Origin: Octopus bimaculoides
Taxonomy: Eukaryota
Direction of reading: 5' to 3'
Assembly (NCBI RefSeq): GCF_001194135.2
Contig: NC_068988.1
Span: forward strand, 47,624,594 to 47,688,593
Length of the DNA stretch: 64,000 nt
Each line of letters begins with the position of its first letter. Position 1 is the first letter of the stretch. The notes beneath the pieces are model-generated. The model did not search any database, was not told the DNA's origin, and saw nothing but the letters and a program-made list of their open reading frames with translations. The translations under genes were made by a program, and so were the position numbers. Below, piece by piece: positions 49,753-63,681 of this stretch.

Positions 49753-50620
49753 CGTGAATGTTGACGATCGGGAACAGTTGATAGAAGATTGAGTGGTTCA
49801 GAAAGTAGTGATCTACAACGGTTTTAAAGCATTTTAAAATACGATGAATTGAACAATCGATCTTGAAATGAGCACTTCGTAAAGAGGACTTAACTTGAAC
49901 CGCAAACACATTTCTACATGAAAATGTTTTTAACAGCTGCAACAGAGTCTGTTTGTCGAAAACCGGCCTTGTTAGTTATATGAGATCTCATGAAGGCATT
50001 TAGTAATTGAAGAGGTGGACTCCTTTAGTAAAGAAGTGACATACATCATATATACTTATACATACGTGTTTACAGTAAATATAAAAGGAAATACATGTGT
50101 TGTTTATTGGGTTTTAATTAAACATTCCAAAGAAGAATTTGTAAATAGTTCGTTGTATATGCTACAACAAAACAAGAAATTTTCACATGCAAAGTGGACG
50201 GGAATTATAAATGTTAACACGCTCATTAATTTCTCTTCCATGTATTGGTAAACAAATTTAAACGGAAATGTATTTTAACAGAACAAAAGAAAGTGAAACA
50301 CATCACTTTCTTACGTGTGCTTTATGTATGTAGCGCGTGATGTACACACACGCACACACATAATGTATTGTTCTGTGATAGTAAGATAAAAGAAAAGTAA
50401 TAAACAGTACTCCAACTGGCGAGAGATAAATATTATTTAATAAACACACTATTTGTATTTATATGCTGCTATTAGATTCATGTGCCGCGAGCATGTCAAT
50501 CAGTGTTTTTAACGTCTGGCGTGATAGTACTAGGAAACCAGAGGTTTTAAAAACAGTGTCTGGCTTGCTCTCAGCACATGGAACTAATAGTAACACATAA
50601 ATACATGTACAGTGTTTATT

Positions 50621-50657
<37 letters not shown>

Positions 50658-51014
50658 NNNNNNNNNNNNNNNNNNNNNNNNNNNNNNNNNNNNNNNNNNN
50701 NNNNNNNNNNNNNNNNNNNNNNNNNNNNNNNNNNNNNNNNNNNNNNNNNNNNNNNNNNNNNNNNNNNNNNNNNNNNNNNNNNNNNNNNNNNNNNNNNNNN
50801 NNNNNNNNNNNNNNNNNNNNNNNNNNNNNNNNNNNNNNNNNNNNNNNNNNNNNNNNNNNNNNNNNNNNNNNNNNNNNNNNNNNNNNNNNNNNNNNNNNAT
50901 ATATATATATATATATACATATATAATTTATATATTATATGAGCTTATTAATGCATGTATTTATATACAGGGTGATTGAAAAGTAACTCCCTATCTTCAA
51001 ATACTTATAAATTA

Positions 51015-53302
51015 CACTAGTCAACAAAATTAAATATATTATGCTCATTATGAATGCAAATCAACTTTTTAAACTAATTTGTCATGCTGATTTCAAACTT
51101 TTACTCCATTTGTATGCAGCATGTGTCAGTTTTTCAGTAGATACATGCAAATATTTACATATTCGTATATATGAAATCATTAACGTAATAAAGAGGTACA
51201 TATTATTTTTAGAAAGTACTCATTCTACAAAGAGTGAATACACAAAACATGGGTCAGACAAAACAAAGTTCGAACAACAGTGTCAGAAACATTGTGATTT
51301 GGATTTCCTGCGGTGTTCCTGATCTGGTTGATCACCGTAAAGTGCCCAGCAGTAGTCAGCCAGCATACTGTCATTCAAGAAGCCTTAGTACCGTTTCTCC
51401 ATAGCACTAATATCCTTGTGAAATCTCTCATCGTGTTCATCTGACACTGCTCCAAGGTTGACTGCGAAGAAATCCAGATGGGAGTTCAAGAAGTGAACGT
51501 TCAGTGACATGCGACAACCTATTGCTGAGTAACATTTCAGAACATTCTTGATGCCATCCTTGTAGTCTATTGCCTTTTTGATGCCCTAGAAATTCTTACA
51601 GATCCAATTCAAAGCATTCCAGGCAAGCAGTTCCAATTCACCCAGTGTTGTCTTGAAGTTTACATCTTTGAGTACTTCTCTACTTTGGGGTCCGACAAAG
51701 ATACCCTCTTTCAACTTCGCCTGTGTGGTTTGGGGAAACTTTCTACAATATACTCAAGCCCTCTGGTATTTCTCTTCCCCAGTGTCTTTACAAGCAGTCT
51801 CATCAGTCCAAGCTCTATATACGAAAGAGGCAATAGGATCTACAAGAGGCGTATTCTTGACGCTAGACTGTCCTTGGCTGGTATGATATTCTTGTCTGCC
51901 AGTTTGATTCCGCATAATATCTGTCAGTTCCCGACTATCCCGTGGACACAAGAAACAACAGTATTTTACGAAACCTGGCAGCATTCCCATTAGCATTCCA
52001 ATGACTTTTAAATCTCATATTTTCTGTGAGTATCTTTCATAGCCAGTGGTATGAAGTAAAAGTTCCATATTCTAATATGATTCATGGTGATGAACGGGGC
52101 GTGCAATAGGAATGGAGGGCTTCAAATTACCGTTATGGAGAAGTACAGCTTTTAAACTTCGTTTTGAAGAGTCAGTAAACAAACAACACTCTGCAGGATC
52201 ATGATATTTTGATAAAGATTCGAAAACCCCATCGATGTTCCTGCAAAAGCAAAGCGAGCCTTCAGCAAGAAAACATGTTTGTAGAACCACAATTCTCAGC
52301 CGAAAATAAGTTATACGAACACCGTGCTCTAGCAGATACTTTTCCTTCCGTCTTGATGCTTACAGTTCTGCTTTATCTTTTGAGAGGGACAGGTCCCTGA
52401 CAAGGTCATTCAGTTCAGCTTGGGAAAATTTCTGATGTTCAAAGCTATCGTTGTCAGCCATGTAATCCTCATCAGCATCATCATCTGATATTTCAGTATC
52501 ATCATCTAGGGGAACTGGAATTAGCAGACTTCCATTGTGAGACACAAGTCTCATCGCAGAGTTTTGTGTTTATTCTTCATAGAAAATCCTGTGACATTTA
52601 CTTTGCAAAAATAACAGTCATTAAAATGGTCTTTCGGCTCCCTTCATATCATTGGAATGGCAAAAGGCATGGACTTTTTTATTATTGAACCAGTCACGTA
52701 AGCCATTTGAGCAAACTGAGCGGATAAAATGTGGTGCCCATAACTTGTCCTGATCTCCAAGAGGACAATCAAAGTATAGTTTATAAATCTTCTCAATCCT
52801 TGGTGTTATTGTGCATTTTTGAGTTTTCGCAATAAATTGTCCACAGACAACAAAACACATCAAGACGATTTCTACTCTGTCTTATCATTGCAAAAACTGT
52901 AAAACAAGTAAGGAAATAAATACAAACTGTTATACTTGAATCTGAGATGATGAAATATTTCATCAGACCAATTATGACTGGACAACTGGAGATGTTGAAA
53001 TACCTATTTCATCAGACAAAACTTTATTGGTTAATCAAAGATGATGGCATATTGCCTCTGAACTATGCAGCAATGAACAATGTAGTCTATTTTAAAGGTA
53101 TGTTTCCATGATGTAAAGGAAATACATGCATACACGTCATTAATTGGAATTTCTATATAATGCATGAAATAAAACCAAAAACCTTTCTCATTTTGAAAAC
53201 TACGTGATGTCAAAAAACTAATTGGATATCTGAAATCAGTATTAAAAACTACACTAAGTACACTTTGACATATGCTTGATGACAAATAGTTGTTGACCAG
53301 TA
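51015..53302 (-). mobile_element. Chapaev3-like (CMC) DNA transposon, full length
   Basis: TIRs CACTAGTCAACAA (51015-51027) / TTGTTGACCAGTA (53290-53302), TTA on both flanks. The family name rests on my recall of Chapaev3 CAC termini, TWA TSD and protein motifs. Confidence 0.75.
51285..52875 (-). pseudogene. Chapaev3-like transposase, frameshifted
   Basis: CGQF...YFDCPLGDQDKLWAPH; FSQAELNDLVRDLSLSKDKAEL; LFTDSSKRSLKAVLLHNGN; KYCCFLC..DSR; MSLNVHFLNSHLDFF..NLGAVSDEHDERFHKDISAMEKRY*..MLADYCW. Confidence 0.85.
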
Positions 53303-53758
53303 TTAAATATTAATTGTAATTTTTACAAAAATAAATTTGTATAACAGGAAAGCGTTTAGTATGAGGTTTTATTTAAAATTCAATACGGGTTTCAGATGTC
53401 GCTACTAGCTACTTGAGTTGGCCAGGAATTGCGTCAACTGATTTCATCAGGAATTCTATAAGGATGAAAGAAAATAACTCCTCGTATTCGCTCTTCAAGT
53501 TCTTCCAAAGTCTTTGGCTTGGTACAATAGACTTGTTCTTTTAAACAACCCCAAAGAAAGAAGTCACAAGGTGTTAAGTCGGGACACCTGGCTGGCCACT
53601 CATGTGAACCACAACGACCCATCTATCTCAGCCATTCACGAACGACAAGAGTACTAAATTCTCATACTTCGAAAGACAAGCACAAAAGATTTGAGAAAAG
53701 CTCCAATTAATAAATCATTTATAAGCATTCTAAAATAGGGAGTTACTTTTCAATCACC

Positions 53759-53761
<3 letters not shown>

Positions 53762-53844
<83 letters not shown>
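53762..53844. repeat. (GT)n microsatellite abutting the right TIR
   Basis: Direct inspection. Confidence 0.97.
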
Positions 53845-53846
<2 letters not shown>

Positions 53847-55909
53847 TTAATTTTATACAGATATGCATAAATATGTATGTGTAAGTTGAAGTGATAAAAA
53901 GTATTTTATTTATGCTGAAGTGTTTAAAAAAGACAATGCAAAGAAAGAAATTTGAAGCATGATTAAACAAAGCATGTCGTTGCCCCACGATGATGCATCT
54001 GCTCACGAATTACATTTAATCATTGACTGTTCGGCTAAACATGAGACGAATGAATTCTGTTTTTACTTGACCTCTAACTATACAGAACTGGATCTTAGGA
54101 ACTTTTTGTACCAAAGACAAAATGCACTCTGAAAGGCTACCGCTTTCTGATTAACCAAGAGGTCCACGAAAATTTGTCACGCGAACTACGCACTACAATG
54201 CCTTACAATTCATTCTCAAGTGAGAAATAAATCGTTAGAGACAGAATATCGACAGTGCAGGAAACAATTTTGATAAAATTGCGAGTAAAGGAACAAATTT
54301 GTTTGAATTTGTTTTTTATAAAATTCGTATTCTTTTCTGACTGACCGCAGATTTGCCTCTGTGTGTGTGTGTGAGTGTGTGTGTGTGCGCGCGCGTGCGC
54401 GCACGCGTGTGTATGCGTACGTGGGTGTGTCTGCGTCTGCGTCCGTGCGTTCTGTATACTTATATATTCATAATACACAAATATTAATATCCTACTTGTA
54501 CAGCCCGCCCCGCTCTCTTTTTCTATTTCTCTCTCTCTATCTCTCTCTCTCACACACACACACACTCCCCCTCTTTCTCCCTTTCAAATTCTCGATATTC
54601 TACATGATCAAAACAATATTCATGCGTCTGCTCGCGGTTACATAAAAACTAAAAATTGTAATGTTTGCCTGAGCAAATGATTAGGCATAATTGATATATA
54701 CACATAATGGGTGTCTGTTTAATTGTGTATGTGAGAGGGAGAGAGAAAGTGAGAGAGAGAGAGAGAGAGTGTGTGTGTGTGTGTGTGTACAATGCAAAAA
54801 TTGATTTAACAACAAATACGAATGGAAAATGAATGTTGTACAAAGAATAGGAATTAAAATTTGATTGTGTTGCCCCAACACTTTGGCATACATTATTAAA
54901 TCTATATTGTACAGACCCACAAAATTCAGACGAAAAGTAGTCATTTAAATCGACACTAGTAGTTGATTGAGACATAGTTTTATTGATCCCAGAAGGATGA
55001 AAGGTAATGCCAATCTCATCTGAATTTAAACTTAGATTTTAAAAGGACGTAATTAAACAACACAAGGCATTGTGTCCAATTCTCTAACAATTCTACCACC
55101 TTATTAAAATAAATTAGACTATGAATGAATACAAATAATCAGCGATATTAAACACAAAACAAAGCTACAAATTTGGGACGTTAGTATTCCAGAATAAATC
55201 TTCCAAAGTCATCATTGACTTGTATTATATATTGTACCAACTCGAGAACGATCAAAGGTAAATTCACTTCGGTAGGATTTGAACTCAGCATGTAACAAGA
55301 CACGGCTAAAACTCCGTAAGGTATTTTATCAGATGCTCCACCTTTTCCTGTCATCCAACAAAAGGAAAAAGAAACTGAAAGACACGAACAGAAATAATGA
55401 GTGGTCTTCAAAATAAAGTCGCTGGGATTGCATAAGAAACCTAATGATTTTTTTTGTTTTTGTGCGCAAATTTTTTTATGCAGTATTTCTCTTTGCTTCT
55501 AATGCCGATGTCTCTCGGCATGGTTATTATATTGGCTTTAATGAGACAGCTCATTGTTTGTTTTTCATCGATAGTATCAATAATTATTAATGTTTAAGTG
55601 TTTCATGAATTAACAAGGTTTCTCTTGTGTATTCGATCAATTGTGACCTTGTCAATCTGTTGGGCTGAGATTTAGATGCTGTTACATCCCTTGGCTTCGA
55701 TTCTTCCGGATTATCACTAAATACATACATTTAGTTGAAAGCTCTTACAATGCTGGCCAATTCAGTGTCCTGTCTTGTTAATTAATATCGATTTCTTATT
55801 TGTTACAAACACTATAAAGACATAATCACTAAATAAGCCAATTTTGCATGGCAGTTTCAATTTTAAGTCAGAGTAATTTCACTTTGCTTACCCTAATGAA
55901 TATTTCAAA

Positions 55910-56105
55910 TTTTGACACAAGGCCAGCAATTTTTAGGAGACAAGTGTTAGTCAACACCAGTACTTGACTGGTATTTATTTTATCGATCCCGAAAGGATAA
56001 AAGGCAAAGTCAACCTCAGCGGAATTTGGATATAGAACGTAACGTGCCGGAAGAAATGCTGCTAAGAATTTTGTCCGACGCGATGACCATTCTACCAGCT
56101 CTCCT
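55910..56105 (-). mobile_element. SINE family A; other decayed copies at about 13655, 15655, 42570, 54945, 55240, 59370
   Basis: TTTGACACAAGGCCAGC...ATCGATCCCGAAAGGATAAAAGGCAAAGTCAACCTCAGCGGAATTTG. Confidence 0.85.
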
Positions 56106-56682
56106 TTCTTCTTTATCCTAGTGAAGCTAAATGAAAATGTTTCAATGTCACAAAATACATATCCTCACAAAAATAAACAATAAAAGTTAGTTTTTTTTTT
56201 CCTTATCAAAACTAATATCAGTTTCTAGTTACAAAAAATAGTCTCCTTGGAAAACTTGCTGTTGTTCTTTAGTTCCAGGTCAATTATGATCAAGCAGACA
56301 TTTGGCGAAAAGCATTCTAGATTATTCGGTCTTTCAGTATATTGGGAACAACAATGTTCAGTGAATTCTCCTTTTTGTTTTTCGTTTCTTTTTTCAAGAT
56401 AACAAGTTATAATTTGAGTAAGATCTAGTAGTTGTTTCTAGCAAACCCGAGTGATCCCCATAGAAGAATTAAAAGATTACGTGATGCTCATGTCCAACTT
56501 AAGGGAATTAGTAGAATACATCAAATATAATGGCTATCAAACAGTCATCAAATTAATTATACATACTCGGCTCCTTCAACTTACTTTTGATTACTAGCGA
56601 ACACAGGAAATATTTAAAATTAACAAAATAGAATTCTGTACCATTCCACATAAAACTGCTTAAGAATAAAAGGTATTAGTAA

Positions 56683-56735
56683 CAGTCAGCAATAAAGATA
56701 CCAGTCAGCAATAGAGGTACCAGTCAACAATAAAG
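56683..56735 (+). repeat. Three copies of a 19-bp minisatellite
   Basis: CAGTCAGCAATAAAGATAC / CAGTCAGCAATAGAGGTAC / CAGTCAACAATAAAG. Confidence 0.9.
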
Positions 56736-57642
56736 TGTTAGGTGGATAGGATCAGCTTGCTATTTCTATAATGCTAGGCAAATATGAAAGAGGTGAGTCG
56801 GCACAAATTAATCATATATGATATTCCAGTGATCCTCAACTTATCTTTTATTCAAACAAAGTGTATCGAGAACTATATTATCCATTGTGCACTTGAACGA
56901 GAATGACCTTGACTAGGAATTGAAAGAACATCGTGGAATCATCTCTGTGTGTCTGACATTTGACAATCAGTTATATAAATAATTACTTCTGCATGGCATA
57001 AACTCGGCCTGCTAGAAATAGCAGTAAAATCACACACAAATTCCGATCATTTTTTAAAAAGGAAGGTCACTATGGATAGTATAATTCTCGATACACCTTT
57101 GATGAAAAAAAGTTAAGTGGAGGATCATTGGAATATCACATATGATTAATTTGTGCAGACTGGCGGCTAAGAAGCAATGATTTCTAACATCACAGACAAT
57201 ACAACATTGCTACCAACTTAGCCTCTATTATAATTTACCTAGAATTATAGAAATAACAAGCTGACCCTCTACACATAAATTTTACTACTGACTGGTACCT
57301 CTGACGAGGAAACCTCTATAGGATAAGACAACACGTTACAAATGGTGAGCAAATTTTCATCAAATTATACCTTGCCATCTTAATTCAGAATGTTACATTA
57401 CAACACATTATAGCCCCTGATATACAAAATGATGTAATGGTGCCTAGTACGCTATTCCTCCGACGTCTGTTCCATCCTATTTAAATTGAATTACATAACA
57501 TAACCGTTCGAGCTAATGAAACAGTCTTTGCATTGTCACTCGACCTACTTGAAATAGAAACCAAAGTTACCCCAAATACCACATCCTATTGTTTTAATCA
57601 TCCATTACTCTATCTCTCTTATTTTCTGTTATTTCCTCTGCT

Positions 57643-57832
57643 GAAGGTAGCAAACTGGTAGAACCGTTAGCATGCCGCCCAAAATGCTTAACAGCATTTC
57701 GTCTGTCTTCAGTTTCTGAGTTCAAATTCCACCGAGGTCAACTTTACTTTTCACCAGTTGCGTACTGGGGTCGATCTAATCGACTGCCCCACTCCCAAAA
57801 GCTTCGAGCCTTGTGCCTAGAATAGAAAAGAA
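57643..57832 (+). mobile_element. SINE family A with internal deletion
   Basis: CTGAGTTCAAATTCCACCGAGGTCAACTTT...GGGGTCGATCTAATCGACT...CCTTGTGCCTAGAATAGAAAAGAAT. Confidence 0.88.
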
Positions 57833-58401
57833 TATCTGTCATTATAGCAGTTTATCTCTCTATCTCTCTCTCTCTCTCTCTCACTTTCTACTACTACTAC
57901 TACCCTGACTCTCTGTCACCTCCTTTCGCTTATCATTTTACTCTTTTACTCTTTTTTCCTTTTATCCTGGGTCTCTTCGCACACATTGTGTGAAAAAGGA
58001 AGGATTAAACGATGGAAGACGATACAGAGAACTTAGGATCTTACTTACTCATGATGGGGTAGATACAACATCTCAATCGCCCGTAAACGAAGAATTGAAA
58101 GAAATGCGGGAATGAGAGATATCACTTAGACAAGACAACACGATTAAATGCTCCTAGCACACATTGTGAAGTGGTTGGTAATAAGCAAGGTATCTAGCCA
58201 TAGAATTAGAAACCACTCAAAACATTGTACGGAAAGTGTGACTTAGCCTGTGTGTATCTAATGAAAATCAGAACTGATTCGGTGTATGAAAACCGTCCAA
58301 CCCATGATAGGAGGAAAAAGTGGAAAAAAAGTACTTATAATGATGGAATATGTATGTATGAATATGTGTCTGTGTATGTGCATGCCTGTTTGTGTGTGTG
58401 T

Positions 58402-58438
<37 letters not shown>

Positions 58439-60623
58439 GCGTGTGTGTGTGTGTGTACTAATCGTGTTTGGCTTTATGTTTGCTTGTGTAAAAACCGGTA
58501 GTGTATGAAAAGGCATACTTTTGCGATTGGAAAAATATATAGCAGTAAATCAAGTGCCAGACTGAAATACGGTGGCCTCTTACGAACAAAAACTGCAAAT
58601 TTTGATGGTGATGTTCCAGTGTGGCTACAGTTTAATGACGGAAATCAGTAAAAGAAAAATAAGCAAATATTAAAAAGACCAATATACTATTCTCTAATAA
58701 AACCCGAGTAAGTTCAACATTTTCTTTGCAACTTTCTATTTAATTTAGTCAATGTCTTGTCGTTCTGAATTAAAATACATTCCGGGAAACTATAGTTAAA
58801 AGTTGAGGAAGAAGAAATATTCATCTTCATTCTTGAATCTCAACGCGCATAATGAAAACGGTGAATTTTATTTAAAAAGAGACAGATTCCAATTTTCAAT
58901 ACAACCTGTGGCATATAAAATCAGTTATATTCACTGCCAGTAGGCAAATTTCTTAGAACCACACAATTCAAACGAAAGAATGCGAATCTATACCAAACGC
59001 ACAAGATCTAATTAAAGAATATTGCTGATGGAATGTATCTATAAAAAGACAGCTTCCTAAGATCATAAGACGGCAACTAAACTCATTTAACAGCTTCCAT
59101 AAATGACCGGAAGATTTTGCAAATTTATTCTTTAATACTGATTAGGTACTCAAGTCATTCTATTTATGCAACAAATTACAGTTTTCATAGAATTCTCAAC
59201 AATTGTATTAATAAATATATGAATGTTATTCATTATTTAACTACATTAGAGGTGGGTAAGCGAATTGTCATGTACTGGGAACAATTTAATTGAAGCATAC
59301 TCACGTCTAAAATTGTTGGACGATTTCTAACTAAGACTTTGTTCCTTAGTTAGAAATCATTATTCACCTACATTAGAAGTAGATGGCTGGATCGGTAGTG
59401 CATCAGATAAATAAACTTGTGGTATTTAATTATGTAGTATTACGCTATGAGTTGAAATCCTGCCCAGGTCATCTTTGCAATTCATCATTCCGATATTGAT
59501 TAAAACTTTTTCAATCTACAAATACTAGAGGTAATGTAATCGCCTATAAAGCAAGAGGTCAGTACCCAAGTATGACCACATACCAATGACTGAAATCACT
59601 GAAAGAATTATATATATATATATATNNNNNNNNNNNNNNNNNNNNNNNNNNNNNNNNNNNNNNNNNNNNNNNNNNNNNNNNNNNNNNNNNNNNNNNNNNN
59701 NNNNNNNNNNNNNNNNNNNNNNNNNNNNNNNNNNNNNNNNNNNNNNNNNNNNNNNNNNNNNNNNNNNNNNNNNNNNNNNNNNNNNNNNNNNNNNNNNNNN
59801 NNNNNNNNNNNNNNNNNNNNNNNNNNNNNNNNNNNNNNNNNNNNNNNNNNNNNNNNNNNNNNNNNNNNNNNNNNNNNNNNNNNNNNNNNNNNNNNNNNNN
59901 NNNNNNNNNNNNNNNNNNNNNNNNNNNNNNNNNNNNNNNNNNNNNNNNNNNNNNNNNNNNNNNNNNNNNNNNNNNNNNNNNNNNNNNNNNNNNNNNNNNN
60001 NNNNNNNNNNNNNNNNNNNNNNNNNNNNNNNNNNNNNNNNNNNNNNNNNNNNNNNNNNNNNNNNNNNNNNNNNNNNNNNNNNNNNNNNNNNNNNNNNNNN
60101 NNNNNNNNNNNNNNNNNNNNNNNNNNNNNNNNNNNNNNNNNNNNNNNNNNNNNNNNNNNNNNNNNNNNNNNNNNNNNNNNNNNNNNNNNNNNNNNNNNNN
60201 NNNNNNNNNNNNNNNNNNNNNNNNNNNNNNNNNNNNNNNNNNNNNNNNNNNNNNNNNNNNNNNNNNNNNNNNNNNNNNNNNNNNNNNNNNNNNNNNNNNN
60301 NNNNNNNNNNNNNNNNNNNNNNNNNNNNNNNNNNNNNNNNNNNNNNNNNNNNNNNNNNNNNNNNNNNNNNNNNNNNNNNNNNNNNNNNNNNNNNNNNNNN
60401 NNNNNNNNNNNNNNNNNNNNNNNNNNNNNNNNNNNNNNNNNNNNNNNNNNNNNNNNNNNNNNNNNNNNNNNNNNNNNNNNNNNNNNNNNNNNNNNNNNNN
60501 NNNNNNNNNNNNNNNNNNNNNNNNNNNNNNNNNNNNNNNNNNNNNNNNNNNNNTATATATATATATATATATATATCGTATTTCAGAGTAACGGTCAAAG
60601 TCTATTTCGTCTGATATGATATA

Positions 60624-60860
60624 CAGTAATCACTCGCTATATCACGGTTTACCTATCGCGGTTCACCTATCGTGGTTTATTATTTAAGCTTTGCCGATAC
60701 CTCCGTGGTGTTGTTTTGCATTGATAATAAAATAAAGATATAAAGTTATAAAGATAATAATATATATATATATACAGTACTGTTTCTAGTTCGCGGGTTT
60801 TCACCTATCGCGGAAGGTGGGGGTGGAACATTGCACCCTCGATAGTCGAGGGTTTTACTG
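60624..60860. mobile_element. Tigger/pogo-like MITE
   Basis: TA-CAGTAATCACTCGCTATATC ... GATAGTCGAGGGTTTTACTG-TA; internal TTCACCTATCGCGG repeats. Confidence 0.75.
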
Positions 60861-60959
60861 TATTATAATACAACTAAAGAATGACATAAACTACAAAATA
60901 ACCTGACGGAAAATACTTTCAGCTGGCTTAGGAATAAGAAAGCTGATCTACAGAACCGA

Positions 60960-62300
60960 GCATAGAGGGTTCATACTCTGTCACGATGAGTGTTAACAAA
61001 GGTATAACTTGATGCAAAATATGTAAAATGGAAAAACAAATATACGTGCGTATACGATCCAACAATACACATAGCAAAAGAGGTGGCTTAATAGCACTAT
61101 AACCAATGCTTCTTTCCACCTGAAGCGATTCACTCTAACACACTCAGTCACTAAACCATCAACCACACTTTTCCAGACATCATCTTTTATTCCACACGCT
61201 TAAAAAAAACACTTGGCAAACACTTCTACAAATTTCCTCAGACCACTTACTAATTATTATCACAGCAAACTCACTTATTTAAGTGATGAAAGAAAAAATA
61301 CTTTAACAAACTTTCAAGAAAAGAGAGAGAGAGAGAGAGAGAGAGAGAAGAAATAGAATCAAGCTTTTTTTTTTCTTGTTCTTTGTTTTGTTTTTCGGAT
61401 TTAACAACATCTCAATCACCAACACAGACGTTACAGTTCAAATAATAAAATAATTACAGATGCATCTAAAAAAAATAAAACTCATCTCCCAAGGAAACAC
61501 AAAATACAACCCTTAAATTGTACACAACAAATAACTAGCCTCATCAAAACTAGAAACGAACTCAAGAGAAATGTACCAAAAGCATTGACAAAAATACAAC
61601 CCTGCATCAAACAACTAAAGAGGAATATTAGAAACAGATCATGGGAAAAGAGGAAGCTAACAAATATATGTATTTGACAAAAAAGAGCGAAACTAACAGT
61701 AAAACATTATGTAGGGTAATTAGCAATATCATCACCAAGAAAGTTGTTGTTGTTCTGTTGGCACTCCGTCGCTTACGACGTCGAGGGCTCTAGTTGATCT
61801 GATCAACGGAACAGCCTGCTCGTGAAATTAACGTGCAAGTGGCTGAGCACTCCACAGACACGTGTACCCTTAACGTAGTTCACGGGGATATTCAGCGTGA
61901 CACAGTGTGACAAAGCTGACCCTTTAAATTACAGGTACAACAGAAACAGGAAGAAAGAGTGAGAGAAAGTTGTGGTGAAAGAGTACAGCAGGGTTCGCCA
62001 CCATCCCCTGCCGGAGTCTCGTGGAGCTTTAGGTGTTTTCGCTCAATAAACACTTACAACGCCCGGTTTGGGAAGCGAAACCACGATCCTATGACCGCGA
62101 GTCCGCTGCCCTAACCACTGGGCCATTGCGCCTCCACACTAAGAAAGTTACAACATACTTTATGTTAGAATAACAACCTCAAATAATATACCCACACTGC
62201 AACACCACACAAACGCCCTAACAGCCATTTCTTGAAAACCAAACACCAAAATATCTCACAAAACGCAATGACCAATTTTTTTCTACTTACAATGTTTTTG
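60960..62300 (+). mobile_element. Possible decayed LINE (APE to linker region), split by SINE-B
   Basis: KRGGLIAL (RGGG-like) and an A-rich SLIKTRNELKRNVPKALTKIQPCIKQLKRNIRNRSWEK linker-like frame. Confidence 0.35.
61743..62137 (-). mobile_element. SINE family B, full length, young
   Basis: Reverse complement of 6292-6678; 9-bp TSD AAGAAAGTT (61737-61745 / 62141-62149). Confidence 0.93.
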
Positions 62301-63478
62301 TTTTGTTTTTTTTTTACTGGTTCCTTCCATTAGACACTCAATAAGTAATAGGAAAATTTAATGCAAAAGGCTCAGTACTTGAAAAAATCCCAGATATGCA
62401 CCTAGATGTATAGGTCCTGAAACAATCAGAGCATTCCCTATATATACAAATACTCATAATAAATTTTGTCAAATTCTTAGAAACTGGAATCTGGGCAAAA
62501 TCGTAATTCAAAACCCACCAAGATGCCAAAAGAAACGGCATCATATAGACCTTCTATGGAGATCCTGAAATTTTTTTGTATGGATCATTTCGATGTACAT
62601 ACCTACATTCCAAATTTCAGTCGACTATACTCAATGACTACCTATTTATAAACTGACATGTAATTTTCTGTGTCAGTTCATATGGTTTTCTGCCTTTTTC
62701 AAGATAGAAAGTCAGTGTATGCAAATAAGGCCAAAATCTTGAGGTTTTTCAGTCACGTTTTGTTCACAGTGAGTACCCTGGATTTGCTTGCCTAGTTTAT
62801 TTGCAAATCAACTACGTTGAGAAAGAGTAATGACATTATATTTCTTTCTGCTCTTAAACGAATGCTTATGCTATGTTTCTAACATTAAATATAACCGTGG
62901 TTAATTTTATGCAAGTTTTTAATTTAAACTGCTGATTCTACAACCTGTTTCTCTATGATTACGTTTGGCAGGGTTATTAGATTCAAAGGACCACAAGTCG
63001 TGCCTCTGTAATTGCCTCAGTTTTTGTTGTTGTGTAGTGTTTATAAATATCTAACTGTCGTTACAGGTCTATAATCCTGTTATTCATACATCCGTATCAG
63101 GCGTTAACAAAATTTTATTGAAGATTTTGCTGTATCTGTGAGGAGTGTAGAAGTGCTACACACACACACAGAAACAGCGGTTTATATTCCTTTATATTCT
63201 TCTTATAAAAACAATAGTTAGTTATACTTGCAATGGGAATGAGTGGAGCCACTTAATGAGTGTGAGCATGTTTGGAAAAGACAGATATAATGTGTGCATT
63301 TGTAATTACTATAATGCATAATTATGCTTTTTATTCAGATTTTGATTTACACATAAGGACACCCAAGAAATCCCTAGCCAACTCAGGAGTTATATCCCAT
63401 ACATGCCACGAAAATGTCTAAATGTCTAATATTTTTTGTTAGCTTTGTATATCTATCTATCCATCCATCTATCTATCT

Positions 63479-63519
<41 letters not shown>

Positions 63520-63617
63520 NNNNNNNNNNNNNNNNNNNNNNNNNNNNNNNNNNNNNNNNNNNNNNNNNNNNNNNNNNNNNNNNNNNNNNNNNNNNNNNNN
63601 NNNNNNNNNNNNNNNNN

Positions 63618-63681
<64 letters not shown>

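Larger units (their letters stand above)
50968..53762 (-). mobile_element. Internally deleted Tc1/mariner-superfamily element (host of the nested insertion)
   Basis: TA-CAGGGTGATTGAAAAGTAACTCCCTAT left TIR matches ATAGGGAGTTACTTTTCAATCACCCT at 53735-53760; transposase remnant WPARCPDLTPCDFFLWGCLKEQVY..KPKTLEELEERI at 53434-53622(-). Confidence 0.9.

Noticed and set aside
56683-56735. Short regularly spaced repeats as a possible CRISPR-like array
   Set aside because: Contiguous 19-bp tandem units without unique spacers in eukaryotic DNA; an ordinary minisatellite.
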